From: an uncultured delta proteobacterium
GTDB lineage: Bacteria > Desulfobacterota > BSN033 > UBA1163
NCBI GenBank assembly: GCA_963828805.1
Contig: CAWHGS010000043.1
Coordinates: 585 to 64,584, forward strand
DNA length: 64,000 nucleotides
Direction of reading: 5' to 3'
In this document: positions 40,232 through 49,148 of the stretch, piece after piece
Layout of the letters: the number at the start of each line of letters is the position of its first letter
Numbering within the stretch: position 1 is the stretch's first letter
Program-made: the position numbers and the translations under genes
The notes under the pieces: model-generated
What the model saw: only the letters and a program-made list of their open reading frames with translations
What the model was told of the DNA's origin: nothing
Databases searched by the model: none

Positions 40232-40804
40232 CTAAAACGTCGGCGGACTCACCACCCAGATCACCACCGTTTTCTTCTTTCCCGGGTTGGACCAGCTATG
40301 GGGCTCCTGGGACGTGAAGTAAAAGCTCTCGTTCTTCCCCACCGAATAAGCCTTTCCATTCCGATGGATCTCCAATCTTCCCTGAAGTACGATACCGCAT
40401 TCCTCGCCGACATGGGAATAAGCGCCTTTCGACCCTCCCCCCGGCTCAATCGTCGTATAAAAGGGTTGCATCCGCTTGTTCTGAATGTTCCGGACGAGCA
40501 TCTGGATTTTCGCATCCCCCTGCTTGAAATTGATGTTCACCCTCTCCTTTTCGTTAAGGACCACATCGTTCTCTTCCCGCTCCGATTCGAGAAAAAAATC
40601 AACCACCTTCACCTGGAGCGCCTGGGCGATCTTTTTCAAGGTGGTGATCGAGGGATTGGCGCGGCCCCGCTCGAGCTGCGAGAGATACGCGTCCGTGCAA
40701 CCCGCCTTCAGGGCCAGTTGCTTCAGCGTCATCCCGTTCGCCAACCGGAAGGCCTTCAGTTTTTTCCCGATCTCTTCCAAGCCAGTTAAGCCCTCCTTCT
40801 CCAT
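40232..40804 (-). CDS. XRE-family HTH plus cupin-domain transcriptional regulator
   Basis: The HTH is LKAFRLANGMTLKQLALKAGCTDAYLSQLERGRANPSITTLKKIAQAL. The C-terminal cupin is GEECGIVLQGRLEIHRNGKAY. The ORF is intact at 190 aa. Confidence 0.85.
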   Translation of the reverse strand: MEKEGLTGLEEIGKKLKAFRLANGMTLKQLALKAGCTDAYLSQLERGRANPSITTLKKIAQALQVKVVDFFLESEREENDVVLNEKERVNINFKQGDAKIQMLVRNIQNKRMQPFYTTIEPGGGSKGAYSHVGEECGIVLQGRLEIHRNGKAYSVGKNESFYFTSQEPHSWSNPGKKKTVVIWVVSPPTF

Positions 40805-40813
40805 TCCGGTTGG

Positions 40814-40867
40814 GTTAACTATTTCACAATTGAGTTAACGTATACTTAATTTGGAATATTTTGTCAA
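40814..40867 (-). promoter_or_regulatory. promoter plus palindromic operator candidate of the XRE-cupin regulator
   Basis: The minus strand has TTGACA (40867-40862), a 17-nt spacer and TATACG (40844-40839). A perfect inverted repeat GTTAACT-N12-AGTTAAC (40814-40839) lies between the -10 element and the start codon. Confidence 0.45.
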
Positions 40868-41045
40868 GAGATTTTTTGGCGTCCGGGTTTCCGTCTTCCG
40901 AGACCCTAAAGATCTCTTTGGAAAGGCGGGGTGAAATAAGGAAGAAGGGCTTTCAGCGTTCAAGATACGCCAAGCTCTTGCCGCGATAACGCGGAGTTGA
41001 GCTGAATCCCGCTCTTGTGATTTCTGCTCGAAGCGTTTGTTAGGC

Positions 41046-41822
41046 TTATTTGTCCTTGTTGAAGAACTTAGCAAGCCGTTCCCTGACTTCACTAAAGTCA
41101 CCAACACTCGAATAGCCGTTGATTGTTTCAAGGCGCAGAGCGTCGTCCAGTGGCCGACCGATGATATCGAGCACCGTTTCCTTTGCGGAGCGTATCGCTT
41201 GCTGGCTGTTTCCAAGGATCATGTTCGCGTAGGTTTCCGCGGCGGACAGAACCTGCTCGGCGGGAACAACTTTGTTAACAAGACCAAACCGAAAGGCTTC
41301 ATCTGCAAGTACCTCCCGACCCGTAAGCGTCAGTTCCAGCGCCACGGCTACACCCGCGATGGCCACGAGGCGAACCAGGCCTCCGTCGCCTTGATGCAAC
41401 CCCTGGCGCACCTCGAACACCCCGAACTTTGCAGAGTCCGCGGCGACGCGGATGTCACAAGCCAGAGCCAGCTCGAATCCGCCGCCGATCGCGTGACCGT
41501 TGATCGCTGCGATGATCGGCTTCGTCATTCGATGCTGACCACGCGTGATGCCTCCGCCAATGCCGCGGGCTGCGTTGCGGCGGGCGTCCAGCATATTGGC
41601 GTGCTCCCATTTCGGAATAAACGTCTTGAGGTCGGCGCCCGCGCAAAAGGCTTTACCTGCGCCGGTCAGGATTGCAACATCTACGGAGGGATCGTCATTG
41701 AAATCCCGCCAGATAGCCCAGAGCTCGTCATTCATCTCGTCATCCAGGGCATTCAGCGCGTCGGGCCGATTTAGCGTGACATACGCAATTCGGTTCTTCT
41801 TTTCGTAAATGGCTTTTCCCAT
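41046..41822 (-). CDS. enoyl-CoA hydratase/isomerase (crotonase) family protein
   Basis: Sequence RIAYVTLNRPDALNAL...AILTGAGKAFCAGADL...PIIAAINGHAIGGGFELALACD. The ORF is intact at 258 aa. Confidence 0.85.
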   Translation of the reverse strand: MGKAIYEKKNRIAYVTLNRPDALNALDDEMNDELWAIWRDFNDDPSVDVAILTGAGKAFCAGADLKTFIPKWEHANMLDARRNAARGIGGGITRGQHRMTKPIIAAINGHAIGGGFELALACDIRVAADSAKFGVFEVRQGLHQGDGGLVRLVAIAGVAVALELTLTGREVLADEAFRFGLVNKVVPAEQVLSAAETYANMILGNSQQAIRSAKETVLDIIGRPLDDALRLETINGYSSVGDFSEVRERLAKFFNKDK

Positions 41823-42129
41823 TGCGAGTCTCCTCCTGAAGCCAATGTGGACCTATCGGTGAGCTAACCGGTATGCACTTTTTCGCGCGTCCGCTCGAAC
41901 GATTTGTCAGGCGTGTAGTTTTTTTCGCAATTTGGATTAGCGACAGCAGGGCACTATTCACAGCTTCTTGATTTGGGAAAGCTTGAGCGACTTCCGGTTT
42001 AAGTACAACAACGTTTGATGATTCACGGAGACGTTCGGCATACTTGCCCCGCACGAGCCCCTTGGGAAAGTCCGACCGTTTGTACTCGGCACGTAATTCG
42101 TCTTTATCTCTTTGTTTAGCCTTCTTCAT
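41740..42129 (-). CDS. brnA: BrnA-like antitoxin (long C-terminal tail overlaps the crotonase start)
   Basis: Sequence ...RAEYKRSDFPKGLVRGKYAERL...VVLKPEVAQAFPNQEAVNSALLSLIQIAKK. The start overlaps the stop of the upstream DUF497 gene. Confidence 0.55.
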   Translation of the reverse strand: MKKAKQRDKDELRAEYKRSDFPKGLVRGKYAERLRESSNVVVLKPEVAQAFPNQEAVNSALLSLIQIAKKTTRLTNRSSGRAKKCIPVSSPIGPHWLQEETRNGKSHLRKEEPNCVCHAKSARRAECPG

Positions 42130-42388
42130 ATAGTTTTCGCTCTCCTTTGCTCGCTAAACGAGCACTTATGATTCGAATCGTTTCATCTTCCTCAGTGTGA
42201 GCCACCACCAGCAACCGACCTCGGTCTGAGACTCCGAAGGTGATATATCGATCTTCGGTAATCGAGTGATCCGGATCAGCACCTGTTGCCGCCATAGGGT
42301 CACTCATGGCTGTTGCGGCTTCCTCGAACGAGACTTTGTGTTTTCGTAAGTTTAACCTGGCCTTCTTCGGGTCCCATTCGATTTTCAT
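42116..42388 (-). CDS. brnT: BrnT toxin (DUF497)
   Basis: Sequence MKIEWDPKKARLNLRKHKVSFEEAATAMSDP...EDRYITFGVSDRGRLLVVAHTEEDETIRIISARLASKGERKLYEE, the canonical DUF497 pattern. Confidence 0.8.
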   Translation of the reverse strand: MKIEWDPKKARLNLRKHKVSFEEAATAMSDPMAATGADPDHSITEDRYITFGVSDRGRLLVVAHTEEDETIRIISARLASKGERKLYEEG

Positions 42389-42670
42389 TTTATTATTATA
42401 CCTTAATTCCGATATTATCGTCCAACGCAGATTGAATCCTGGTCTTGGGATTTCAGCGCAGATCAGGCGCGCATGAGGGAACATTATATATTATTGTACT
42501 TATGACGCGAGTATATAAAAGCAATTGGGATGTGTTAAGGAGTCTTTCTTGAGGAATGCTTGATACAATAGTAATGGTATCGGTGGGTTCGCTACGCTTA
42601 ACCCACCCTACTTTTGGTTTAGACTTTATTTTTTTGTTTCGTGTACTTACCCTATGCGCTGTGCTATTTT

Positions 42671-43160
42671 TCACACCTCAACACCGAGGTAACGAATCAG
42701 GACATCCTTTTTCCCCTGGACCTCTTCGGCCGGGGCATGGAATTCGATCTTTCCCTTTACCATGAAATAGACGCGGTGGGCCAGGGACAGGGCAAAGGGG
42801 ATCTTCTCCTCCACCAAAATGATCGCTATCCCCTGTTCGTTCAGCTTCCTGATGATCTCCAATAACTTGGATACAAAAATGGGCATCAAACCCGTTGTGG
42901 GCTCATCCAATAAAAGGATGTCCGGCTTCTTCACCAGGGCCCTTGAGATGGCAAGGGCCTGCTGTTCTCCGCCGCTCAGGGTCCCGGCCAGCTGACCCAA
43001 CCTTTCCCGAAGCACAGGAAAGAGGTCGAAAATCCCCTCTAACGAACCCATATCCGATGGGTCCTTCATGCCTGTTTTCAGGTTTTCCAGCACGGTCATC
43101 TTGGGAAAGAGCTGTCTCCCCTGGGGGGCATAGCCAATCCCTCTTCGGGCAACCTTAAAG
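42671..43160 (-). pseudogene. 5'-truncated branched-chain amino acid ABC transporter ATP-binding gene (LivF-like remnant)
   Basis: The ABC signature LSGGEQQALAISRAL and Walker B ILLLDEPTTGL are present, but there is no Walker A. The missing N-terminus would overlap the end of the ttcA-like gene. Confidence 0.7.
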
Positions 43161-43181
43161 GCTGGAAACCGCAGACACGTT

Positions 43182-43970
43182 TCATTTCTCAACGTCCATA
43201 TACAGGTAGTCCAGTTTGACATTGGAGAGAGACCGGAAAATATTGCCTTTTATCTTTGTGTTCTTCCTTTCCAGCGTGGCGATCAGCTCCTTTATCTCCT
43301 TCCGCTTCGTGCTTCCGGAGCTCGGGCACCCGCTCGGAACGACAGGTAACTCCATCTTTCGGGCAAACCGCGCGATCTTCTTCTCCTCAATCAGGGCCAG
43401 GGGACGAATGATCGTCATCTCTCCCTTAAACATCGTTTGCATGGGAAGCATGGTGCTGATTTGAGCACTGTAAAAGAGGTTGAGGAGAAAGGTTTCGATG
43501 ATATCGTCCTTATGATGTCCAAACGCGATTTTATTACACTGGAGACTGCGCGCGGTCTTGAAAATCAGCTTCCTTCTCTCCCAGGAGCAGAGGAAGCAGG
43601 GGTTCTCCCGGTTCTCGCGGCTGTGGGCAAGTTTTCCGATTTGCGTCTCCTCGAAATGGTAAGACAAACCCCTTGTCTCAAAAAACTCCCTTAGTGACTC
43701 CTGCCGCCCCGAACCGAAGCCCATGTCGATATGGACCGGGATCAACTCATAGGTGATGGCGACCCGCTTTCTCCGTTCATGGAGGAGATGGAGCAGAGAG
43801 AGGCTATCCTTCCCTCCCGACACTCCCACCAGGATCCGGTCCCCGTCCTGGATCAACCCATAGCGGTGAATCGCCTTTCCCATCAAGCTGCGTATTTCCT
43901 TTTCCCAGTGAGCCATCCTCAATCCCGCATAGGGCAAAGGGCTTAGAGCAAGTAATATTTGCTCCAACAA
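43182..43970 (-). CDS. ttcA: TtcA-family tRNA 2-thiolation PP-loop ATPase
   Basis: PP-loop motif ILVGVSGGKDSLSLLHLL and cysteine motif CFLCSWERRKLIF. The likely start is MAHWEKE (43916). Confidence 0.75.
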   Translation of the reverse strand: MLEQILLALSPLPYAGLRMAHWEKEIRSLMGKAIHRYGLIQDGDRILVGVSGGKDSLSLLHLLHERRKRVAITYELIPVHIDMGFGSGRQESLREFFETRGLSYHFEETQIGKLAHSRENRENPCFLCSWERRKLIFKTARSLQCNKIAFGHHKDDIIETFLLNLFYSAQISTMLPMQTMFKGEMTIIRPLALIEEKKIARFARKMELPVVPSGCPSSGSTKRKEIKELIATLERKNTKIKGNIFRSLSNVKLDYLYMDVEK

Positions 43971-44089
43971 ATCTCGAACCCTTGAACCCTTGGCCCCTTA
44001 AGTCATTATCATTATAGATTGCATATCCTTCCTTGTCAAAAGGCAATCCCCCTTGAATTTTCCGATAGTTATAGTAAGATGAAGGTGAG

Positions 44090-46245
44090 ATGCTAAGAAT
44101 CAATGACATTGTAGACCGGGTCCTTTCCTACAACCCGAATGCAGACGTCGACCTTATCCGCAAGGCCTATGTCTTCTCTGCAAAGGTCCATATCGGCCAG
44201 GTGCGACTCTCCGGAGAGCCCTATCTCATCCATCCCCTGGAAGTCACCGGCATCTTGACCCAGATGAAACTCGATGCTGCCAGTGTGGCCACCGGGCTTC
44301 TCCACGACACGGTGGAGGATACCCTCACCACCCTCAAGGATATTCAGGAAAACTTCGGAGAAGAAGTTGCCCAGCTGGTCGATGGACTGACAAAGATCAG
44401 CAAGATCTCCCTCCGGTCCCCTGAAGAAGGCCAGGCAGAGAATTTCAGGAAGATGATTCTCGCCATGGTGAAGGACATCCGGGTGATCCTGATCAAGCTG
44501 GCTGACCGGCTCCACAACATGCGGACCCTCCAGTATCACTCCTCCTGAAAAACAGGCGGAGATCGCCCAGGAGACCCTCGATATCTACGCCCCCATCGCC
44601 AACCGTCTCGGGATCGACTGGATCAAATCGGAACTGCAGGACCTGGCCTTTCGTTACCTCCATCCGGATATCTATGAGGATATCCAGCGTAAGATCGCCA
44701 AGAAAGAGAAGGAAAGGTCCAGTTATATCGATGAAGTGAAAAGAACCTGATGAAAAAGCTTTATGAGAACCACATCGAAGGAGAAGTGATCGGGTCGCCT
44801 AAAGCAGATCTACAGCATCTTTGAGAAGATGCGGGACCAGAACATCGATTTCGATCAGGTCTATGATATCACCGCCTTCCGGGTCGTCGTCAATACGATC
44901 AAGGATTGCTATGACGTCCTGGGAATCATCCATTCCATCTGGAAGCCCATCCCCGGAAAATTCAAGGACTATGTCGGCCTGCCCAAAGAGAATATGTACC
45001 AATCGCTCCACACCTCTGTCATCGGGCCGTATGGGGAAAGGATCGAGATCCAGATCCGGACCCATGAGATGCACAGGATTGCCGAGGAAGGCATTGCCGC
45101 CCACTGGAAGTATAAGGAAGGGAAAGGAAGTGGAGGAGGCGGATGACAAGCGGTTTACGTGGCTGAGGCAGCTCCTCGAATGGCAGCATGATTTGAAGGA
45201 TGACGCGGAGTTTATCGAGAGCGTCAAGGTCGACCTTTTCCCGAATGAAGTCTACATCTTCACTCCGAAGGGATCCGTGAAACAGTTTCCACTGGGCGCG
45301 ACCCCGGTCGATTTCGCTTACAGCATTCATTCGGATGTGGGCAATCACTGTCATGGGAGCAAAGGTCAATGGAAAGATCGTTCCCCTCAAATATGAATTA
45401 AGGAGCGGAGATACGATCGAGATTCTCACCTCTCCCAATCAGAAACCGAGCAAGGACTGGCTCAAAAATCGTCAAGACCTCCCGGGCCAAAACCAAAATC
45501 CGCCAGTGGTTCAAAACGGAGGAGCGGGAAAAATCGATCGCTCTCGGAAAAGAAATCCTCGAAAAGGAGCTCCGGAAATATGACCTCCAGCAGGCCAAAT
45601 TGATGAAATCAGGCGACCTCGCCAAGGTGGCGACTGAATTCAGTTTCCAGGGTGTGGAGGACCTCATCGCAGCAGTCGGTTACGGAAAGATAACGGCCAA
45701 TCAGATCATCGGAAAGATCATTCCCCAGGAGAAGCTGGAACAACAGAAGCAACAGGAGGAAGGGAGGCTCAAGCGCATCCTTCAGAAGTTCACCCGCGGA
45801 TCCGAAGGATGCCCTCCTCATCAAGGGAGTCGACAATGTGATGGTCCGTTATGCCGGATGCTGCAATCCTCTTCCAGGAGACAAGGTCATTGGGTTCATC
45901 ACCCGCGGCAGGGGAGTGACCATCCATGCGGCTGATTGTCCGAATACCCTGGACGATGATCCCAATCGAAAGGTTGAAGTCGAATGGGATTCGACGAAGG
46001 AATATAGTTATCCCGTCCGGATTCGTGTCTTTTCTGAAGACAAGAAAGGCCTTCTTGCGGAAATCAGCTCCTCCATGTCTTCCAATGAAGCCAATATTAC
46101 CAATGCAAGGGTGGACACGACGGAGGAGAGAAGGGCGATCGGAACCTTTGAAGTCGAAATTCGAGATCTAAGTCACCTGAAGAAGGTGATCAAGGGTCTC
46201 GAAAAAATTAAGGGGGTTCATCGGGTTGAGCGGATGAGGACGTAA
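44090..46245 (+). pseudogene. relA: bifunctional (p)ppGpp synthetase/hydrolase RelA/SpoT homolog, interrupted
   Basis: HD domain HPLEVTGILTQMKLDAASVATGLLHDTVEDT. Synthetase region [39 protein letters not shown] and ACT fragments (45838-46245) lie in alternating frames. Confidence 0.9.
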
Positions 46246-46256
46246 AAGCGGAAGGA

Positions 46257-46445
46257 TTAAGCCTTCGTGACCTTTCCAGATCGGATGCAGCGGGAACAGA
46301 CCCTCATTCCGATGGTCCTTCCTTCCTTCGTTGCCTTTACCTTGTGAAGATTAGGATTCCACACCCTTCTCGTTTTGTTGTTGGCATGGCTCACGTTGTG
46401 GCCAAAAACAGGTCCTTTTCCACAGATTTCACATACTCTTGACAT
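46257..46445 (-). CDS. rpmB: 50S ribosomal protein L28
   Basis: Sequence [38 protein letters not shown]..., 62 aa. Confidence 0.9.
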   Translation of the reverse strand: MSRVCEICGKGPVFGHNVSHANNKTRRVWNPNLHKVKATKEGRTIGMRVCSRCIRSGKVTKA

Positions 46446-46638
46446 TTTTACCCCTCACAGTGAAGATTTTATTATATAACCCATTTATAAATGCACTTTT
46501 CAACCCTAAAATCGCTTTTCCTAAAAGAAACCGGAACGGAACATTCATTCATGGTTGAGGATGGGGCTTATCAGTTTACTGGATGCCAAAAGAAGGTAAA
46601 ACCAAAGGCAAGCGAGAATTGGAACCTGAATTCCGAAA

Positions 46639-47805
46639 TCAGGTCCAGATCCCGGGGATCGGTTTACCGCAGAACTTACATTTTCCTTCCTTAAGATTCA
46701 CTTCTCCGACCATGTACCCTGCCCGCTTGATCACCATTTTCTTGCACTTCGGGCAGAAGGTGTTCTCACCCTCGTGGCCCGGCACGTTTCCGATGTAAAC
46801 ATATTCGAGACCCGCGGATTGAGCGATGGACCGGGCCTTCTCCAGGGTTGAGACCGGCGTTGGGGGGAGGCCTTTCAGCTTAAATAATGGGTAGAAACGG
46901 GAGAAATGGAGCGGAGTCTCCGCTCCCAATTCCTTCTGTATCCAGACACACATCTCCTTCAGGGTGGACAGGTCGTCATTCTTGGTCGGAATCACCAGAT
47001 TCGTTATCTCAAGATGAACCTTCTCCCGTTTATAGGTCTTCAGCGTCTCAAGCACAGGCTGAAGTTCCCCGCTGCAGACATCGCGGTAGAAGTCATCCGT
47101 AAACCCCTTCAGATCGATATTGGCCGCATCCATGACCCTGCACAGGTTCCGGAGGGGCTCCGGATTGATGAACCCATTCGAGTGGCAGACATTGAGAAGC
47201 CCTGCCCTCTTCGCAAGCTCTCCGATATCCGCCATGTACTCGTAAAAGATCATCGGCTCAACATAGGTGTAGGCGACAGACCGGGCCCCCATCTCTTTGG
47301 CCTTGCCGATGACGAGCTCCGGAGGCACATCGTAATTGTACAGGTCCTCGGGCGAAGCCTGAGAGATTTCCCAGTTCTGGCAGAACTTGCACTGGAGGTT
47401 GCATCCAGCCGTGGCGAGCGAGAAAGAAGTTGTTGCCGGAAGAACGTGAAAGAGCGGCTTCTTCTCGATCGGATCCAGGTGAATGGCGCACGGGTTCCCG
47501 TAAACCAGGCTGTAGTATTTCCCGTCCCGATTCTCCCGGACCCGGCAAAAACCTCTCTTCCCCTTCGATACCCTGCAGGACCTCGGACAGAGGTCGCACC
47601 GGACGTCGCCCCCGCTGAGCGGGGTGAAGTAGGGAGAGAGCTTGGTTTTGACGAGTCCCTTCTTCTGAGTCTGGGCTCCTGTCCCCTTTGGAATGAGCGA
47701 AGCGAGTGCAACAGCGCAGATACCCTTTCCGCAGATCTCCAGAAACTCTCTCTTCGATACGCCGGAAAAAGCAGAAACTCGGGGAGTCAAACGTGGCTCG
47801 CTCAT
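46639..47805 (-). CDS. AmmeMemoRadiSam-system-type radical SAM enzyme with Tat-like N-terminal leader
   Basis: Radical SAM cluster motif GCNLQCKFCQNWEIS. Upstream CDLCPRSC...GFCRVR and a C-terminal CPKCKK...CKFCG ribbon. The N-terminal SKREFLEICGKGICAVALASL resembles a Tat/anchor leader. Confidence 0.7.
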   Translation of the reverse strand: MSEPRLTPRVSAFSGVSKREFLEICGKGICAVALASLIPKGTGAQTQKKGLVKTKLSPYFTPLSGGDVRCDLCPRSCRVSKGKRGFCRVRENRDGKYYSLVYGNPCAIHLDPIEKKPLFHVLPATTSFSLATAGCNLQCKFCQNWEISQASPEDLYNYDVPPELVIGKAKEMGARSVAYTYVEPMIFYEYMADIGELAKRAGLLNVCHSNGFINPEPLRNLCRVMDAANIDLKGFTDDFYRDVCSGELQPVLETLKTYKREKVHLEITNLVIPTKNDDLSTLKEMCVWIQKELGAETPLHFSRFYPLFKLKGLPPTPVSTLEKARSIAQSAGLEYVYIGNVPGHEGENTFCPKCKKMVIKRAGYMVGEVNLKEGKCKFCGKPIPGIWT

Positions 47806-47874
47806 GAGGCTATTTTAGACCATTACAATTCTCTTTACAAGATGGTGATAATTCGCTAATATCTCAATGGATGG

Positions 47875-48936
47875 GTGACCCGCATGGACCTCACACGCCG
47901 CAGGTTTATAAAGAGATCTCTTCTTTTCGGAAGTTCGCTTCTATTCTCTCTCCCCAGCTTACAGGCCAAACCCGTAAAGGACGAAAAATGGATTCCAGCT
48001 TATGCAAATCTTGAAAAGGAAGGGAAATTCGGCCAGAAGGTCAAGGAAGCCTATGCCCTCTTCGAAAAGTGCGAACTCTGCCCCCGGAAGTGCGGGGTCA
48101 ACCGGGCCAGGGGCGAGAAAGGCTTCTGCAGGGCCCCCCTGAAGCCCGTGGTCTTCGGTCACCACCCTCACTTCGGCGAAGAAATGTCCCTGGTCGGGCA
48201 GAACGGGTCAGGAACAATCTTCTTCTCCAACTGTAACCTCCGCTGTATCTTCTGCCAGAACTGGCCCATTGCCCACGAGGGAAGAGGCAAGGAGATCCGC
48301 GATGAAGACCTTGCCGAGATGATGCTCGACCTCCAGGGCAAGGGTTGCCATAATATCAACCTGGTCACACCCACGCACGTCATGCCCAACATCCTGAACG
48401 CGATCCGGATTGCCTTAAAGAAGGGACTGAATCTCCCTATCATGTACAACACGAGCGGCTATGAACGCGTCGAAGCACTGAAACGGCTCGACGGCGTTGT
48501 CGACATCTACAAACCCGATTTTAAATACATGGATCCTGATAAGGCGGAAAAGTATTCCGCCGGAGCCTCTGACTATCCCGAGGTAACAAAAAAGGCGGTC
48601 ATCGAAATGAACCGGCAGGTCGGGGTGCTCCAGCTTGATAGCCATGGGGTTGCCAGGCGTGGGGTGATCATCCGGCATCTGGTCATGCCCAACCGGGTTG
48701 CCGGAACGGAGGAGTTCACTCGGTGGGTGTCAGAGTCCCTTCCCAAGAACACCTATATCAACATCATGGCCCAGTACCGGGTTGAGTATAAGGCATTTGA
48801 ATATCCGGAGATTGCACGGGGAATCACGGTCCAGGAATTCACAGAGGCCATGGACTGGGCCATCCGCTACGGTCTCACAAACCTGGACCCGAAATCAAAG
48901 GAACTGAGGGAATTTTACCGGCGCCGTGCCGGGTAG
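47875..48936 (+). CDS. PflX-like (COG1313-type) radical SAM protein with twin-arginine leader
   Basis: MDLTRRRFIKRSLLFGSSLLFSLPSLQA is a Tat consensus (RRxFIK). It also has CELCPRKC...GFCRA and CNLRCIFCQNW. Confidence 0.65.
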   Translation: MTRMDLTRRRFIKRSLLFGSSLLFSLPSLQAKPVKDEKWIPAYANLEKEGKFGQKVKEAYALFEKCELCPRKCGVNRARGEKGFCRAPLKPVVFGHHPHFGEEMSLVGQNGSGTIFFSNCNLRCIFCQNWPIAHEGRGKEIRDEDLAEMMLDLQGKGCHNINLVTPTHVMPNILNAIRIALKKGLNLPIMYNTSGYERVEALKRLDGVVDIYKPDFKYMDPDKAEKYSAGASDYPEVTKKAVIEMNRQVGVLQLDSHGVARRGVIIRHLVMPNRVAGTEEFTRWVSESLPKNTYINIMAQYRVEYKAFEYPEIARGITVQEFTEAMDWAIRYGLTNLDPKSKELREFYRRRAG

Positions 48937-49148
48937 GAAAGAGCAACTATTGATACATCCCCTGAACCCCAAGCGAATCCATCCGAGCTATTCAATCGTA
49001 AACGTCCTGATCTCTGAGATGGTTTCACGATTTATTCCATCCCATGCCCTGATCCTGAAGTAACCAGTCCACGTCTCCACCGTTCCCGGCCTTGGGCAGC
49101 GATTCCCCAGGCGTCTCACCGCAGGGGTCGGCGCATCATGCAGAGACG

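Noticed and set aside
42671-43222. 183-aa ORF annotated by the track as a complete gene (LivF-like ABC ATPase)
   Set aside because: The first 20 or so residues are read-through of the ttcA-like gene's antisense or overlap region, and the Walker A motif is missing. I therefore call it a 5'-truncated remnant, not a functional gene.
46906-47859. 317-aa plus-strand ORF
   Set aside because: It is antisense to the intact AmmeMemoRadiSam-type radical SAM gene, and I recognise no motifs. The same reasoning applies to 13595-14515 (antisense to trmFO), 3680-4540 (antisense to TolC), 31648-32391 and 1202-1690.
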